Of a DNA stretch of 64,000 bases, positions 18,286 to 27,043 are shown in pieces; positions within the stretch are counted from its first letter, which is position 1; each line of letters begins with the position of its first letter. The DNA is from an uncultured Christensenellaceae bacterium (lineage in GTDB: Bacteria > Bacillota > Clostridia > Christensenellales > SZUA-584). Below the pieces are notes generated by a model. The model did no database searches and was not told the origin of the DNA. It saw only the letters and a program-made list of their open reading frames with translations. The stretch lies in assembly GCA_964510055.1 (NCBI GenBank), contig CAZDZY010000002.1, positions 859 through 64,858 of the forward strand, given 5' to 3'. The position numbers and the translations under genes are program-made.

Positions 18286-19854
18286 ATGAAAAAAAGTTAC
18301 GCAACCCCCTTCGCCATAGCCGGCGTAATAATGACCGCGGCGCTGCTCGCCGTGACCAACCTTATAACTACGCCGGAAACGTTATGGTGCATCTACCCCA
18401 TATACGCCGTCGCCTGGTGGCCCATTGGCGTAGCCCTGTGCCGCGCGAAGCATTACTTCGCTTTCGCGGCAGCGGGGAGCCTGCTGACTATGGCGTTCCT
18501 CGCAGCAGTCAATATGCTGGCATCGCCGGGACATCTGAGGTTCCTTTACACTGTGCCGCCGCTGCTGTTCTTCCCCGCGGGAGTATATTTTAAGGACAAG
18601 ATGCAGTCGTTAGCCGTAGCGTTATCATTCAGCGTTATCATCATAGCATACTACGCAGTCATCAATATAATGCTTACGCCGGGGCACGTTTGGGCCATAT
18701 ATCCGATATACCTTACTTTATGGTGGCCGGTGTCGCTGTATTTTACAAGCAAAGGTCAGTACAAAGCGTTCTCCGTTGCGGGCGCAGTTATGACGATAGC
18801 ATTCTTCATCGCTTCGAACCTGTTAGAGACCGCTTTCCCCTGGGCGCTGTTCGCGTGCTTCCCTGTTCTTTGGTGGCCGGTAGCAATGTATTTCGGCAAA
18901 AAAATGGGAGGGTTAAAATTCTCAATATTCTGCTCGATATGCACGCTGCTTTGGTACGGCGCTCTCAATATATTTATCGCCCCCGGAAGCCCGTGGGTAA
19001 TGTTCGTCGCGTTCGCGCTTGCCTGGTGGGTGCTGTCGGTGTTCTTTTACGGTCGGCAGCGGCCGCATGTATACGCCGCAGTCATGAGCGTAATAAGCAT
19101 AGCGTTCTTCATAGCGGTCAACGCGATATACTCGCCCGGTGCGATATGGGCCTTCTACCCCGCTTTCGCGATTTTGTGGTGGCCCGTAACGCTGCTGTTC
19201 GCCAAGTATCACGCATGGCGCGGATACGCTTTTACCGCGAGCGCCATGACCATAGGCTTCCTCGCCGCGGTCAACGTGATCACGTCCCCCTCTTACCCGT
19301 GGAGCGTGTTCCCCGCTTTGGGGATACTCTGGTGGCCGCTGGCCACGTGCTTTAAAGGAAGGCATAAGCCTTTCGGCTTTTCGATAGCGGCTGTGATACT
19401 CATCGCCGCGACGCTGGCGGCTGTAAACCTTATAACGTCGCCCGGTATCCTCTGGTGCGTTTTCACCGTACCGGCTCTCCTTTGGTGGCCGCTGGCGGCC
19501 GGGTTCGCAGGAAAACACAAGCCTTTCGGCTTTGCGATCTTAGGCGCCCTGCTCGCTATAGGAACGCTTGTCGCTATAAACCTGATCACTTCCCCGTCGT
19601 TCCTGTGGAGCGTATTCGCCGCACTCGGCATACTATGGTGGCCGGCGGCAGTGCTGTTCGCGAAAAAGAAGAGCCCGCTCGGGCTCTCGATCGCGGGCAG
19701 CATGCTCGCAATGGCGCTGCTGGCAGCGATAAACTTCATGACGTCGCCGGGATTCCCGTGGTGCGTGTTCCCGCTGTTCGGCATACTGTGGTGGCCGCTC
19801 AGCGTGTATTTTCACGTGACGCGCAAGCGCAGGTTTGCGGAGCAGAAAGCGTGA
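18286..19854 (+). CDS. Polytopic membrane protein made of ten tandem 2TM-hairpin repeats
   Basis: 522 aa. Ten ~50-aa units with consensus ...LAAVNLITSPG-x-LW-x-VF-x3-GILWWP-x5-F-x-K-HKPFGF.... This is the same unit as the anchor of the preceding gene. Confidence 0.7.
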   Translation: MKKSYATPFAIAGVIMTAALLAVTNLITTPETLWCIYPIYAVAWWPIGVALCRAKHYFAFAAAGSLLTMAFLAAVNMLASPGHLRFLYTVPPLLFFPAGVYFKDKMQSLAVALSFSVIIIAYYAVINIMLTPGHVWAIYPIYLTLWWPVSLYFTSKGQYKAFSVAGAVMTIAFFIASNLLETAFPWALFACFPVLWWPVAMYFGKKMGGLKFSIFCSICTLLWYGALNIFIAPGSPWVMFVAFALAWWVLSVFFYGRQRPHVYAAVMSVISIAFFIAVNAIYSPGAIWAFYPAFAILWWPVTLLFAKYHAWRGYAFTASAMTIGFLAAVNVITSPSYPWSVFPALGILWWPLATCFKGRHKPFGFSIAAVILIAATLAAVNLITSPGILWCVFTVPALLWWPLAAGFAGKHKPFGFAILGALLAIGTLVAINLITSPSFLWSVFAALGILWWPAAVLFAKKKSPLGLSIAGSMLAMALLAAINFMTSPGFPWCVFPLFGILWWPLSVYFHVTRKRRFAEQKA

Positions 19855-19884
19855 CGCAAAAGCATTTTCTTAATCACTTTAATG

Positions 19885-19917
19885 CAGAGGGACGGCCGTA
19901 AATCGGCCATCCCTCTG
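19885..19917 (+). terminator. Terminator-like hairpin after the 2TM-repeat gene
   Basis: CAGAGGGACGGCCG-TAAAT-CGGCCATCCCTCTG (one mismatch) followed by TTCATTT. Confidence 0.6.
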
Positions 19918-20043
19918 TTCATTTATTTATAACGTTAATCTTTGTCATAGTTATGGTACTAATCATATATAGCTGTGTCGAATCTTGACATTTAATGAAA
20001 TACTGGTATGATTGATATAAAAATACATTAAGGAGCAATATAA

Positions 20044-20826
20044 ATGTCTGTTATACCGGTCATAATCCCAAAGACACGGAAAGGACTCATAATTCTTTTA
20101 GCCGTACTGTTCGTTATCTGCGCAGGCGCAGCCGTATTCACGTATTTTTCCTGGTCGTCAGACCAGCAGGCGCTCAAAACAAGCGGGCAGCCCGACTTCA
20201 ATACGCTGTCTGAAGCCGACTTAAAAGGCGGCCTCATAGTTAAAGGCACTATAGACATAGCTCTCGACGCGTACGTCGAGGATTATGAAACTACCGTCGG
20301 CATACGTTTTTCCGACAACAGCGAGGCGCTGTATTATCTCGTTCCTATATACGACATGGATAAGGACGGCTACATAACCTTTAAGTATCTGATAACATAT
20401 AAGGCCGAACCCAAAGATTTTGACGCGATGAATGATATCGCAACGAATTTCTGGAACGGCGGGGCCGAGCTCAAAACGCTCACAATCGATAACGCGAAGA
20501 TAGTCGATCTTCCCGCCGAAAACAAACGTCTTTTTGCCGAATGGGCCTCCACTCCCAACTATTACGAAGGGGGATCGTTTTATGACTGGTGCGCCGAGAC
20601 GCTTGCTTTCGGAACTGACGACAGGGCAGCCATAGAATCAAAGTTCGTTCCCTATATGATACAAAAGACGGCCACCGCAGGCACAGACCCTGTGGTCATG
20701 TGGATACTCGCAGGAGCCGCGGGGCTTTGCCTGATAATACTCGCAGTGGTGCTAATTCGCAAGAAGCCGATAAGCGGTGTAGCAAATAACACCGGCGACC
20801 CGGATATCATGAGGCCGATGCAATAG
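20044..20826 (+). CDS. Hypothetical bitopic membrane protein (N- and C-terminal TM)
   Basis: 260 aa. AAGGAG RBS. TM at residues ~15-35 and near the C-terminus (VVMWILAGAAGLCLIILAVVLI). No family recognised. Confidence 0.55.
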   Translation: MSVIPVIIPKTRKGLIILLAVLFVICAGAAVFTYFSWSSDQQALKTSGQPDFNTLSEADLKGGLIVKGTIDIALDAYVEDYETTVGIRFSDNSEALYYLVPIYDMDKDGYITFKYLITYKAEPKDFDAMNDIATNFWNGGAELKTLTIDNAKIVDLPAENKRLFAEWASTPNYYEGGSFYDWCAETLAFGTDDRAAIESKFVPYMIQKTATAGTDPVVMWILAGAAGLCLIILAVVLIRKKPISGVANNTGDPDIMRPMQ

Positions 20827-20860
20827 AAGTCTGGGAATAACACTGAAATGAAACTTAGTA

Positions 20861-20890
20861 AAGGGACGGCCGAGAGGCCGTCCCTTTTTG
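20861..20890 (+). terminator. Rho-independent terminator
   Basis: AAGGGACGGCC-GAGA-GGCCGTCCCTT followed by TTTT. Confidence 0.8.
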
Positions 20891-21064
20891 TATACAATAG
20901 TGTAACCTTGACATATATACATTATAAGGTAAGATTATATATAAATATATAAAAATTAGCCGAATCATGCCGCTTGCTGCGGGCATTGCCCCGAAACCAA
21001 CACAGAACGTAACATTAAAGAGAGACGGCGATGTCCCTCTTATTTATTCTTATAGAAATGATCA

Positions 21065-21826
21065 TTATCCAAGCAGCGCATATATAAACGCTCTCAGCGC
21101 TATATCCAGCATCCATCCGGGAAGTTTGAGGGGTTTTGCGAAATACCCTTCTGGCAGTTCGATGCGCATCGTAATGCCCTCGTAAGGCTCAAGATGCTGT
21201 ATATTGCCGTTGACGGTATTCCCGTCTACAGTATATGTAAGCTTAGCCGGATCGTATCCCATAACGCCGGGCGCCCCTGCTGAGAACCCGATCTTGCCCC
21301 CATCGAATCCTTTGGGCAGCGTAACCGAAAACGTCATATTATCGATAGGCGTATCCCAGCCGGAGCCTATTATATTGTAATAGACCTCGTCAAAACTGTC
21401 GGCACCGTCGTCTCCGAATCTCAATTTATATGAAATACGGTAAGTCTGGTCACCGATCACATACCGGTCGGCGCTGCCTATCTTTATCGATACGGTCTCA
21501 CTGTCGTCCTGCACGGTGAATTCCCAGCCCTCGACGTTAACGTCGCTGACGCTTGAAGGAACGATGGTGGTGATGCTTTCCCCATTCGGGCCTGTACGCG
21601 TCATCTCCCCGTTTATCGGGATATCGCGGTATATTCCATGCCTTTCTTCGTTAAAGCGGACTTTTATAACTTCGGTTATGTAGTATACGTTATTTTCAGA
21701 GATTACAACCTTAACGTCGTATCCCGTTACCACGCACCCCCCAGCCGGCTGCGCCCATGCGCTCCACGGCGTCACAATCGCGCATAGCAGCGCCGCGCAG
21801 ATAAGCGCTATTACCGCTTTTTTCAT
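21065..21826 (-). CDS. DUF2207 N-terminal ectodomain protein, truncated paralogue of 5827..7734
   Basis: 253 aa. Collinear with the first ~250 aa of the 648-aa DUF2207 protein (VISENNVYxITE, RHGIYRDIP, VEGW, DEVYYNI, MRIELP.GYF). It stops just as the first TM of the long paralogue would begin. Confidence 0.65.
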   Translation of the reverse strand: MKKAVIALICAALLCAIVTPWSAWAQPAGGCVVTGYDVKVVISENNVYYITEVIKVRFNEERHGIYRDIPINGEMTRTGPNGESITTIVPSSVSDVNVEGWEFTVQDDSETVSIKIGSADRYVIGDQTYRISYKLRFGDDGADSFDEVYYNIIGSGWDTPIDNMTFSVTLPKGFDGGKIGFSAGAPGVMGYDPAKLTYTVDGNTVNGNIQHLEPYEGITMRIELPEGYFAKPLKLPGWMLDIALRAFIYALLG

Positions 21827-22050
21827 ATCCGACGCTCCTTCCGGTTAAATTCATTCATGCCGTAATGATATAATTTTATTCTATTATATTCAAGCAGAGT
21901 TTTGTTTTGGCTTTCCATCTGCCGGAATATTATTTGCCCCAACCGGAAAATCATATAATCGTCCTAAAAAAGCCATCCTCTGCCTTGACATTACATACCA
22001 TGTTTCTTATACTTTTAATAGATATCAGGACTTCTGGCGGAGGTATATTC

Positions 22051-23142
22051 GTGCTTAAGAAAATATTTGGTTTGATATTAACTGCTGCGCTTGTTTTTTC
22101 CCTGTTTCCCGCGGCAACGGCTCTCGCGTCGGATGAGCTTAAAAACACCGACCCGGAGAAATATTATATAGTTCTCGATCTTAAAAATCAGATCGTGACC
22201 GTATACGAGAAGGACAAAGACGGGGAATACACAAAGATTGTGCGGCGTTTTTTGTGCACCAGCGGAAAGACGGAACCTAAAATGATGCCTGACCCTGCGA
22301 ATCCCACAGGTCCACCAATTGAAGATCCAGATAACCCCGCCACCCCCACTCCCCTGGGGATATGGAAGGTAGGCGGGCGCGAGAGGTTCGGCAAGTTCGC
22401 CGCGTTCGGGGGGGAATATGCCCGCTACTGGACGCAGATAGTCGGCGGCGTTTATTTCCATTCCATCATGTTCGACAAGCGCGATATCAACTACATGCAG
22501 AGCGGCGCTTTTAGGCGCATAGGAAGCAAGGCCTCGCACGGCTGCGTGCGCCTTTACGTGGAAGACGCCAAGTGGCTCTATTATTACGCCTGCCCCGGTA
22601 CGACCGTAGAAGTTACTGATAAGCTTCCGTCCAACAACGCCGCGAGAAAAAAACTGAAAACCAAATTGTCGTTTTCGACTTACAACGCTTTTCAGAAGAA
22701 GATATACGATATCGGGGAACTGCCCAACCCAATAGCCTGGGTAGTTAAAGACAAAGCTGAAATGCGAACTGGGAACGGCGGCGAGACCGACAGGATAGTA
22801 AAACGTATCCCCGAAGGCGAGCAGGTGGAAGTGTTGCAGGTTGCGGAGCCATGGTGCAAGATCAAGCACGGAGGCCGCGAAGGTTATATGCGCACGGCAT
22901 ATATCACGTTTGAGCAGGGCAAGATGAACTCTAAGGCTGACGCCGATATTGTGAAGAAAACAGCCTGGATGTATACCGCTGCGTCTGAAAAGTCGGAGCA
23001 GATCACAAAAGTGCCTTCGTATTCATCTATAAAGATAATCGAACCCGATAAGGACGGCTGGACGAAAATACAGTATTGGGATGAAACCGGCTACATACAG
23101 ACCAAGTTTTTAACCAAAGGCTGGGGAGTAATAAGGGAATAA
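22051..23142 (+). CDS. L,D-transpeptidase (YkuD domain) with two C-terminal SH3b-like domains
   Basis: GTG start at 22051 after GGAGG. Signal peptide LKKIFGLILTAALVFSLFPAATALA. Catalytic motif SHGCVRL. The C-terminus has two SH3-like units (GEQVEVLQVAEPWCKIKHGGREGYMRTAYI and IKIIEPDKDGWTKIQYWDETGYIQTKFL). Confidence 0.8.
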   Translation: MLKKIFGLILTAALVFSLFPAATALASDELKNTDPEKYYIVLDLKNQIVTVYEKDKDGEYTKIVRRFLCTSGKTEPKMMPDPANPTGPPIEDPDNPATPTPLGIWKVGGRERFGKFAAFGGEYARYWTQIVGGVYFHSIMFDKRDINYMQSGAFRRIGSKASHGCVRLYVEDAKWLYYYACPGTTVEVTDKLPSNNAARKKLKTKLSFSTYNAFQKKIYDIGELPNPIAWVVKDKAEMRTGNGGETDRIVKRIPEGEQVEVLQVAEPWCKIKHGGREGYMRTAYITFEQGKMNSKADADIVKKTAWMYTAASEKSEQITKVPSYSSIKIIEPDKDGWTKIQYWDETGYIQTKFLTKGWGVIRE

Positions 23143-23185
23143 TGAGTATAGAAAAGGGATGCGGTTCAAAGTGAAGTGCATCCCT

Positions 23186-23704
23186 TTAATAATTTACCAT
23201 CGATTTAAGTTTATTGAGCTCTTCGTCGTTTAAGTCGCAGACAGAGAACCCGCACAGCTCGTCGCTGTACGTCATGTAATACTCTATCCTTCCGTTGGTA
23301 AACCTCTCATGTACCCTTCCGCAATTATTGAATACGCATGTCAGCTTTTTGTTGTATACGGAAACTACGTACGCGCCGTCGACGTCTATATAATCGCTTT
23401 CCTTAAAGATCTTCGTGTCTATAACTATATTACCTTTGGTCTCTATGCCCTCTAATATCCTGCCCGGCTTGAGGGCGCCTTTTTCTATGAACAGAGTTAC
23501 GGTACTTATCGTCTTTTTCTCTGAGTCTATTTCGATTTCAAGCGAGTTCTGGCTGCCGCCTTTAAGCCTCCAGCAGTTAATTTCATTTGCAGTGTTGTCG
23601 GCGTCGTTAAGGACGGTTACCATCAACAGGTCTTCCGCCAGTATCTCAAACTCCACCGATACGCTTGTATTTGAAGATATTTCATAGACTTTTTGTAAAA
23701 ACAT
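23186..23704 (-). CDS. Hypothetical cytoplasmic protein
   Basis: 172 aa, no signal peptide or TM, no family recognised. Confidence 0.45.
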   Translation of the reverse strand: MFLQKVYEISSNTSVSVEFEILAEDLLMVTVLNDADNTANEINCWRLKGGSQNSLEIEIDSEKKTISTVTLFIEKGALKPGRILEGIETKGNIVIDTKIFKESDYIDVDGAYVVSVYNKKLTCVFNNCGRVHERFTNGRIEYYMTYSDELCGFSVCDLNDEELNKLKSMVNY

Positions 23705-23845
23705 TGATTATGACTCCGTTACCCCTGCATAGTACTGCCGATGCCAGACGCCGTAATATCTATTATATATAACAACAACTCCCTGATTTAAAACAAAAAA
23801 ACGCGCGCGGCTCAAGAACAGCGCGCGTGCGTTTTTTACCGTTCT

Positions 23846-24589
23846 TTATTTCATCAAAAATCCGGCTCTCCTTAAGAGCGCCTCAAAATCATACGTCTGC
23901 CCCTTGAAACCGCGCAGCCAATCGTTGAAAAACCAGTCGAAATAGTTCGCATACCCTGCGGAATTCCAATAATTCTCTATACCAAGCCGGTTTTCCCTTT
24001 TACCGTATTCGGCGACTATTTCCCCGGCCCGTTCCCGCAATATCTTTGTGTATTTCCCGCGGTGCACTACGCCCGGCCCTCCCAGCCTTCCGCGCGCTGA
24101 GGCGGGATGCTGCGCATACCCTATAAGCAGCATTATAAGAGGCACGCAATATTTTTCGGGCAGTTCGAGCATCTTATACACCCGGTCAACGTCTCCCCTG
24201 TGTATGCCGTTGGTGAACATATAGTCCAGCCCGAGCGATTTCGCCGCGACAGCGCCGTTCTGCGCGGCGAGTATCGTATCGGTGCTGTATGTGATAAAGC
24301 TCAATATCCCTCCCGCTCCGATGTCCTCCCCGAGATGGGCGGCAACGTCTATAGTACGGTTGAAATCTACGCAGTAGACTATAGCCGCTGGGCTCCCGTA
24401 GCCGCACAGCTTTCGTATAGTCTGCGCGTCTTCAAACGTTATCAGCGAGTAATTTTGCGCAGCCGAAGCGGTAGCGGCGCGCAGGCTTGCGCTTATTACT
24501 GCCTCAAGGTCTACAGCGTTTACCGGCCTTTCGGTAAACGTACCGTGCGTCGTTGCCATACTGTGTATGGTCTTCAATGTTTCATTCAT
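23846..24589 (-). CDS. Nitroreductase family protein
   Basis: Start at MNETLKTIHSMATTHGTFTERPV.... Carries SLRAATASAAQNYSLITFED and a typical nitroreductase-fold pattern. 8-nt overlap with the upstream marR. Confidence 0.65.
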   Translation of the reverse strand: MNETLKTIHSMATTHGTFTERPVNAVDLEAVISASLRAATASAAQNYSLITFEDAQTIRKLCGYGSPAAIVYCVDFNRTIDVAAHLGEDIGAGGILSFITYSTDTILAAQNGAVAAKSLGLDYMFTNGIHRGDVDRVYKMLELPEKYCVPLIMLLIGYAQHPASARGRLGGPGVVHRGKYTKILRERAGEIVAEYGKRENRLGIENYWNSAGYANYFDWFFNDWLRGFKGQTYDFEALLRRAGFLMK

Positions 24590-25034
24590 GGTTTTCTTCT
24601 CCTTTATACTGATACAATCCGCAGGCTTTAAAATGCTCCTGCAGTTTTCTAAGCAGCCTTTCGAGTTCATTCCGCTCTTCTTCCGTAAAGCAGGCAAGAG
24701 GGTCGATAGCTTCTTCGGGCATGTTTTCCAGCCCTTTGAGCTTTTCCTTTCCCGCCTTCGTCAGCCTGACTATGCGCTGCCTTCCGTCCGAAATGTCAGC
24801 CTCCGACGTTACCCAGCCGTATCTCTTCATGTTGTCTATGACTACAGTGGCGGTCGGGCGGTCGCAGAAGAGCATGTCTGCGATCTCCGACGGGCGTAAT
24901 TCCTTTCCGGCGAGCCTGCGCAGCAGATACAGCTGCTTGAGCGTTATGCCGTAAGGCCTTATTTCGCTTTCCAAATGCCTTCTCCATGTCAGGAAGACTA
25001 TACCTAAGCGTGACATCACGGGTAACTTACTCAT
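24582..25034 (-). CDS. MarR family transcriptional regulator
   Basis: 150 aa. ITLKQLYLLRRLAGKELRPSEIADMLFCDRPTATVVIDNMKRYGWV...DGRQRIVRLTKAGKE is a winged HTH. Confidence 0.8.
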   Translation of the reverse strand: MSKLPVMSRLGIVFLTWRRHLESEIRPYGITLKQLYLLRRLAGKELRPSEIADMLFCDRPTATVVIDNMKRYGWVTSEADISDGRQRIVRLTKAGKEKLKGLENMPEEAIDPLACFTEEERNELERLLRKLQEHFKACGLYQYKGEENHE

Positions 25035-25360
25035 CGTTTTCCTTTCCGGTTACAAAAAATTCATTCTATTTGATTAGAACTCTAACTATATTATATGAAT
25101 TGGCTGCTTTTGTCAATAGTCAATAACCTGAGACCCTAAGGATCAGGCGGCGGGTTGTTATGCTTGCATATTAAATGCGGAAGAAGTATAATCCAGGCAT
25201 TATATAATATTATTTTGAAAATCAGAATGGATTTGTGTCAATGCGAAATTTTTTACGTATACTGGCAAAACGGATGGCATTGCTGATTGTTATTGTAATG
25301 ATGACTGCATTTTCATTGGCATGTTCTCCGATTCCGCCGACAAACTCAGGAGGAGTAAAA

Positions 25361-26209
25361 ATGGATTTCAGTAAAGTTCTTGACGAACTTCAAAAGTATT
25401 CAATCAAAATCGACTTTGATTCTTCTGGCGATGAAGAATTGCCTGTAGGCTGTTCAAAGCTTGGAGGAAAACCGGACTTGCCTGCGGATTTTCAATGGTA
25501 TTATTTCAAAGGTGAGAGTTTCGAAGGAATTACTGAAAACCGGCCCCTGAGTTTTCTGGCCCAGATAAACTGCGGGGAAGCAAATAAGTACGATAAAGAC
25601 GGCCTTCTTCCGCCCGTTGGGATGCTGTACTTTTTCTATGAACTTTCAACCATGACATGGGGGTTTGACCCAAAAGACAGCGGGAGCGCCCGTGTTTTCT
25701 ATTATCCGGGCAACGTTTCAGACATTCGCAGAACAGAGTTCCCAAGTGACTTGGCTGATGAATATATGCTGCCTGAGATGGCCATCAGCTTTTCGCAGCA
25801 GAAAGACTGGCCTGATTTTGAAGAATTTATCGAATGGCACAACGCGGTTAGCTACGATTCGTATGAAAAGTATGATGAGATCCTGGAAAACAAAGGTAAG
25901 CATGAAGTGGAAAATATCAGCAAGTTGCTTGGATATGCCGATGTCATTCAAAATGGCATGCTGCTGGAATGTGAAGAAGTTACGAATGGAGTGTACACCG
26001 GGAGCGGCATGGAGATAGAACCTGACGAGCTGGAGAATTATGAAAAAGAATGCGTACAGTGGCAGCTTCTTTTACAGCTTGACTCCATCGAGACAAATGA
26101 TTACGAAATGCTTTGGGGTGATATGGGACGGATCTACTTTTACATACGCAGAAGCGACCTGCAGAACATGAATTTTGATAACTGTTGGTTGATCCTGCAA
26201 TGCTATTAA
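25361..26209 (+). CDS. DUF1963 / YwqG family protein
   Basis: Start at the ATG after AGGAGG. SKLGGKPDLPADFQWY, LSFLAQINC, GMLYFFY, and the C-terminal WQLLLQLDS...MWGDMGRIYFYI signature. Confidence 0.7.
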   Translation: MDFSKVLDELQKYSIKIDFDSSGDEELPVGCSKLGGKPDLPADFQWYYFKGESFEGITENRPLSFLAQINCGEANKYDKDGLLPPVGMLYFFYELSTMTWGFDPKDSGSARVFYYPGNVSDIRRTEFPSDLADEYMLPEMAISFSQQKDWPDFEEFIEWHNAVSYDSYEKYDEILENKGKHEVENISKLLGYADVIQNGMLLECEEVTNGVYTGSGMEIEPDELENYEKECVQWQLLLQLDSIETNDYEMLWGDMGRIYFYIRRSDLQNMNFDNCWLILQCY

Positions 26210-26263
26210 CGCTGCCTTTATTGGCTGATATACGGAGGTATCTGCCTGCTCAGCCGGGGTATA

Positions 26264-27043
26264 TTATCGAACATTCAGTCCGGATCTTTCTTTAAATAAG
26301 GCCTCTATCATTACAGAATATTCTTCCCTTATCGGCAATTCAAAATCAACTTTTAACTTTCGTCTCGATGCGGTTTCAGCCTCTCCGGAAACAGGGTTAA
26401 AACCATCCTTTGTATAGTCTTCCCAATAGACCCCTATCCCCCGTTTCTGCCATGAAGGGAGTTTGTCGAAATTTATCCCCCTTGAAAAAAGCAGCTCGTT
26501 TTTAAACGCGACCGCTTTGTTTTCTAGCGCTGCCGTAGCGTCTTGCACAGACACACCTTCTTTACGAAGCATCCAGTAGCAGTGGGCGTTGAGTGCGTTT
26601 CTATGCGCATCTTCCTGCCTCCATAAAAAATAGTCTTTTACCCTCTCGATGCTAGGCAACGGTACCATTCTGCAATCAAAACATGCCGTACGCCCCAGCA
26701 TTAGGCTTATCACTCCGCTCGCTTCTCCCGCAAGGATTGAATTATATTTGCGCACCTTCCGGTCAAATGCCTGCTCAGCGGGGTGAAACAGCAGCGATAT
26801 CTCATCGCTTTCCGTATACCCGTATATAACGCGGAAACCGCATGTCATCAGGTGCTTTACCGTCTCGACCATATAGTCTCTGAACTTATCGTCAAACGGA
26901 GCTTCAAACCTGCATATCTCTTTTGTGAGCCGCGTAAAGCTTCTTCCGTCTATTCGGGCAGTCATAAACAAGTCGGGCAATATGTTTTGATCAAGAGACT
27001 GCTCATACTTTCGCATTATGATGTCAAGCTCGTCAAATCTCAT
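26264..27043 (-). CDS. Thg1-like protein (tRNA-His guanylyltransferase family, 3'-5' nucleotidyltransferase)
   Basis: 259 aa. ARIDGRSFTRL, GYTESDEISLLF, FDCR, and WRQEDAHRNALN match the Thg1/TLP catalytic core as I remember it. Confidence 0.8.
   Translation of the reverse strand: MRFDELDIIMRKYEQSLDQNILPDLFMTARIDGRSFTRLTKEICRFEAPFDDKFRDYMVETVKHLMTCGFRVIYGYTESDEISLLFHPAEQAFDRKVRKYNSILAGEASGVISLMLGRTACFDCRMVPLPSIERVKDYFLWRQEDAHRNALNAHCYWMLRKEGVSVQDATAALENKAVAFKNELLFSRGINFDKLPSWQKRGIGVYWEDYTKDGFNPVSGEAETASRRKLKVDFELPIREEYSVMIEALFKERSGLNVR

Noticed and set aside
18690-19784. Multiple 160-220-aa ORFs in other frames/strand of the 2TM-repeat gene
   Set aside because: They are Arg/Pro/His-rich alternate-frame products of a GC-rich repetitive coding region. 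Only the 18286-19854 frame gives periodic hydrophobic hairpins.
11203-19985. Motif TGTCGAAT upstream of three genes (11207, 14250, 19975), considered as an ECF/SigI-type promoter element
   Set aside because: Two of the three copies are explained by the duplication of the Cys-rich transcription units. I found no suitably spaced -35 (for example an ACCCC-type SigI element), and the third occurrence sits upstream of an ordinary TTGACA. The evidence is insufficient.
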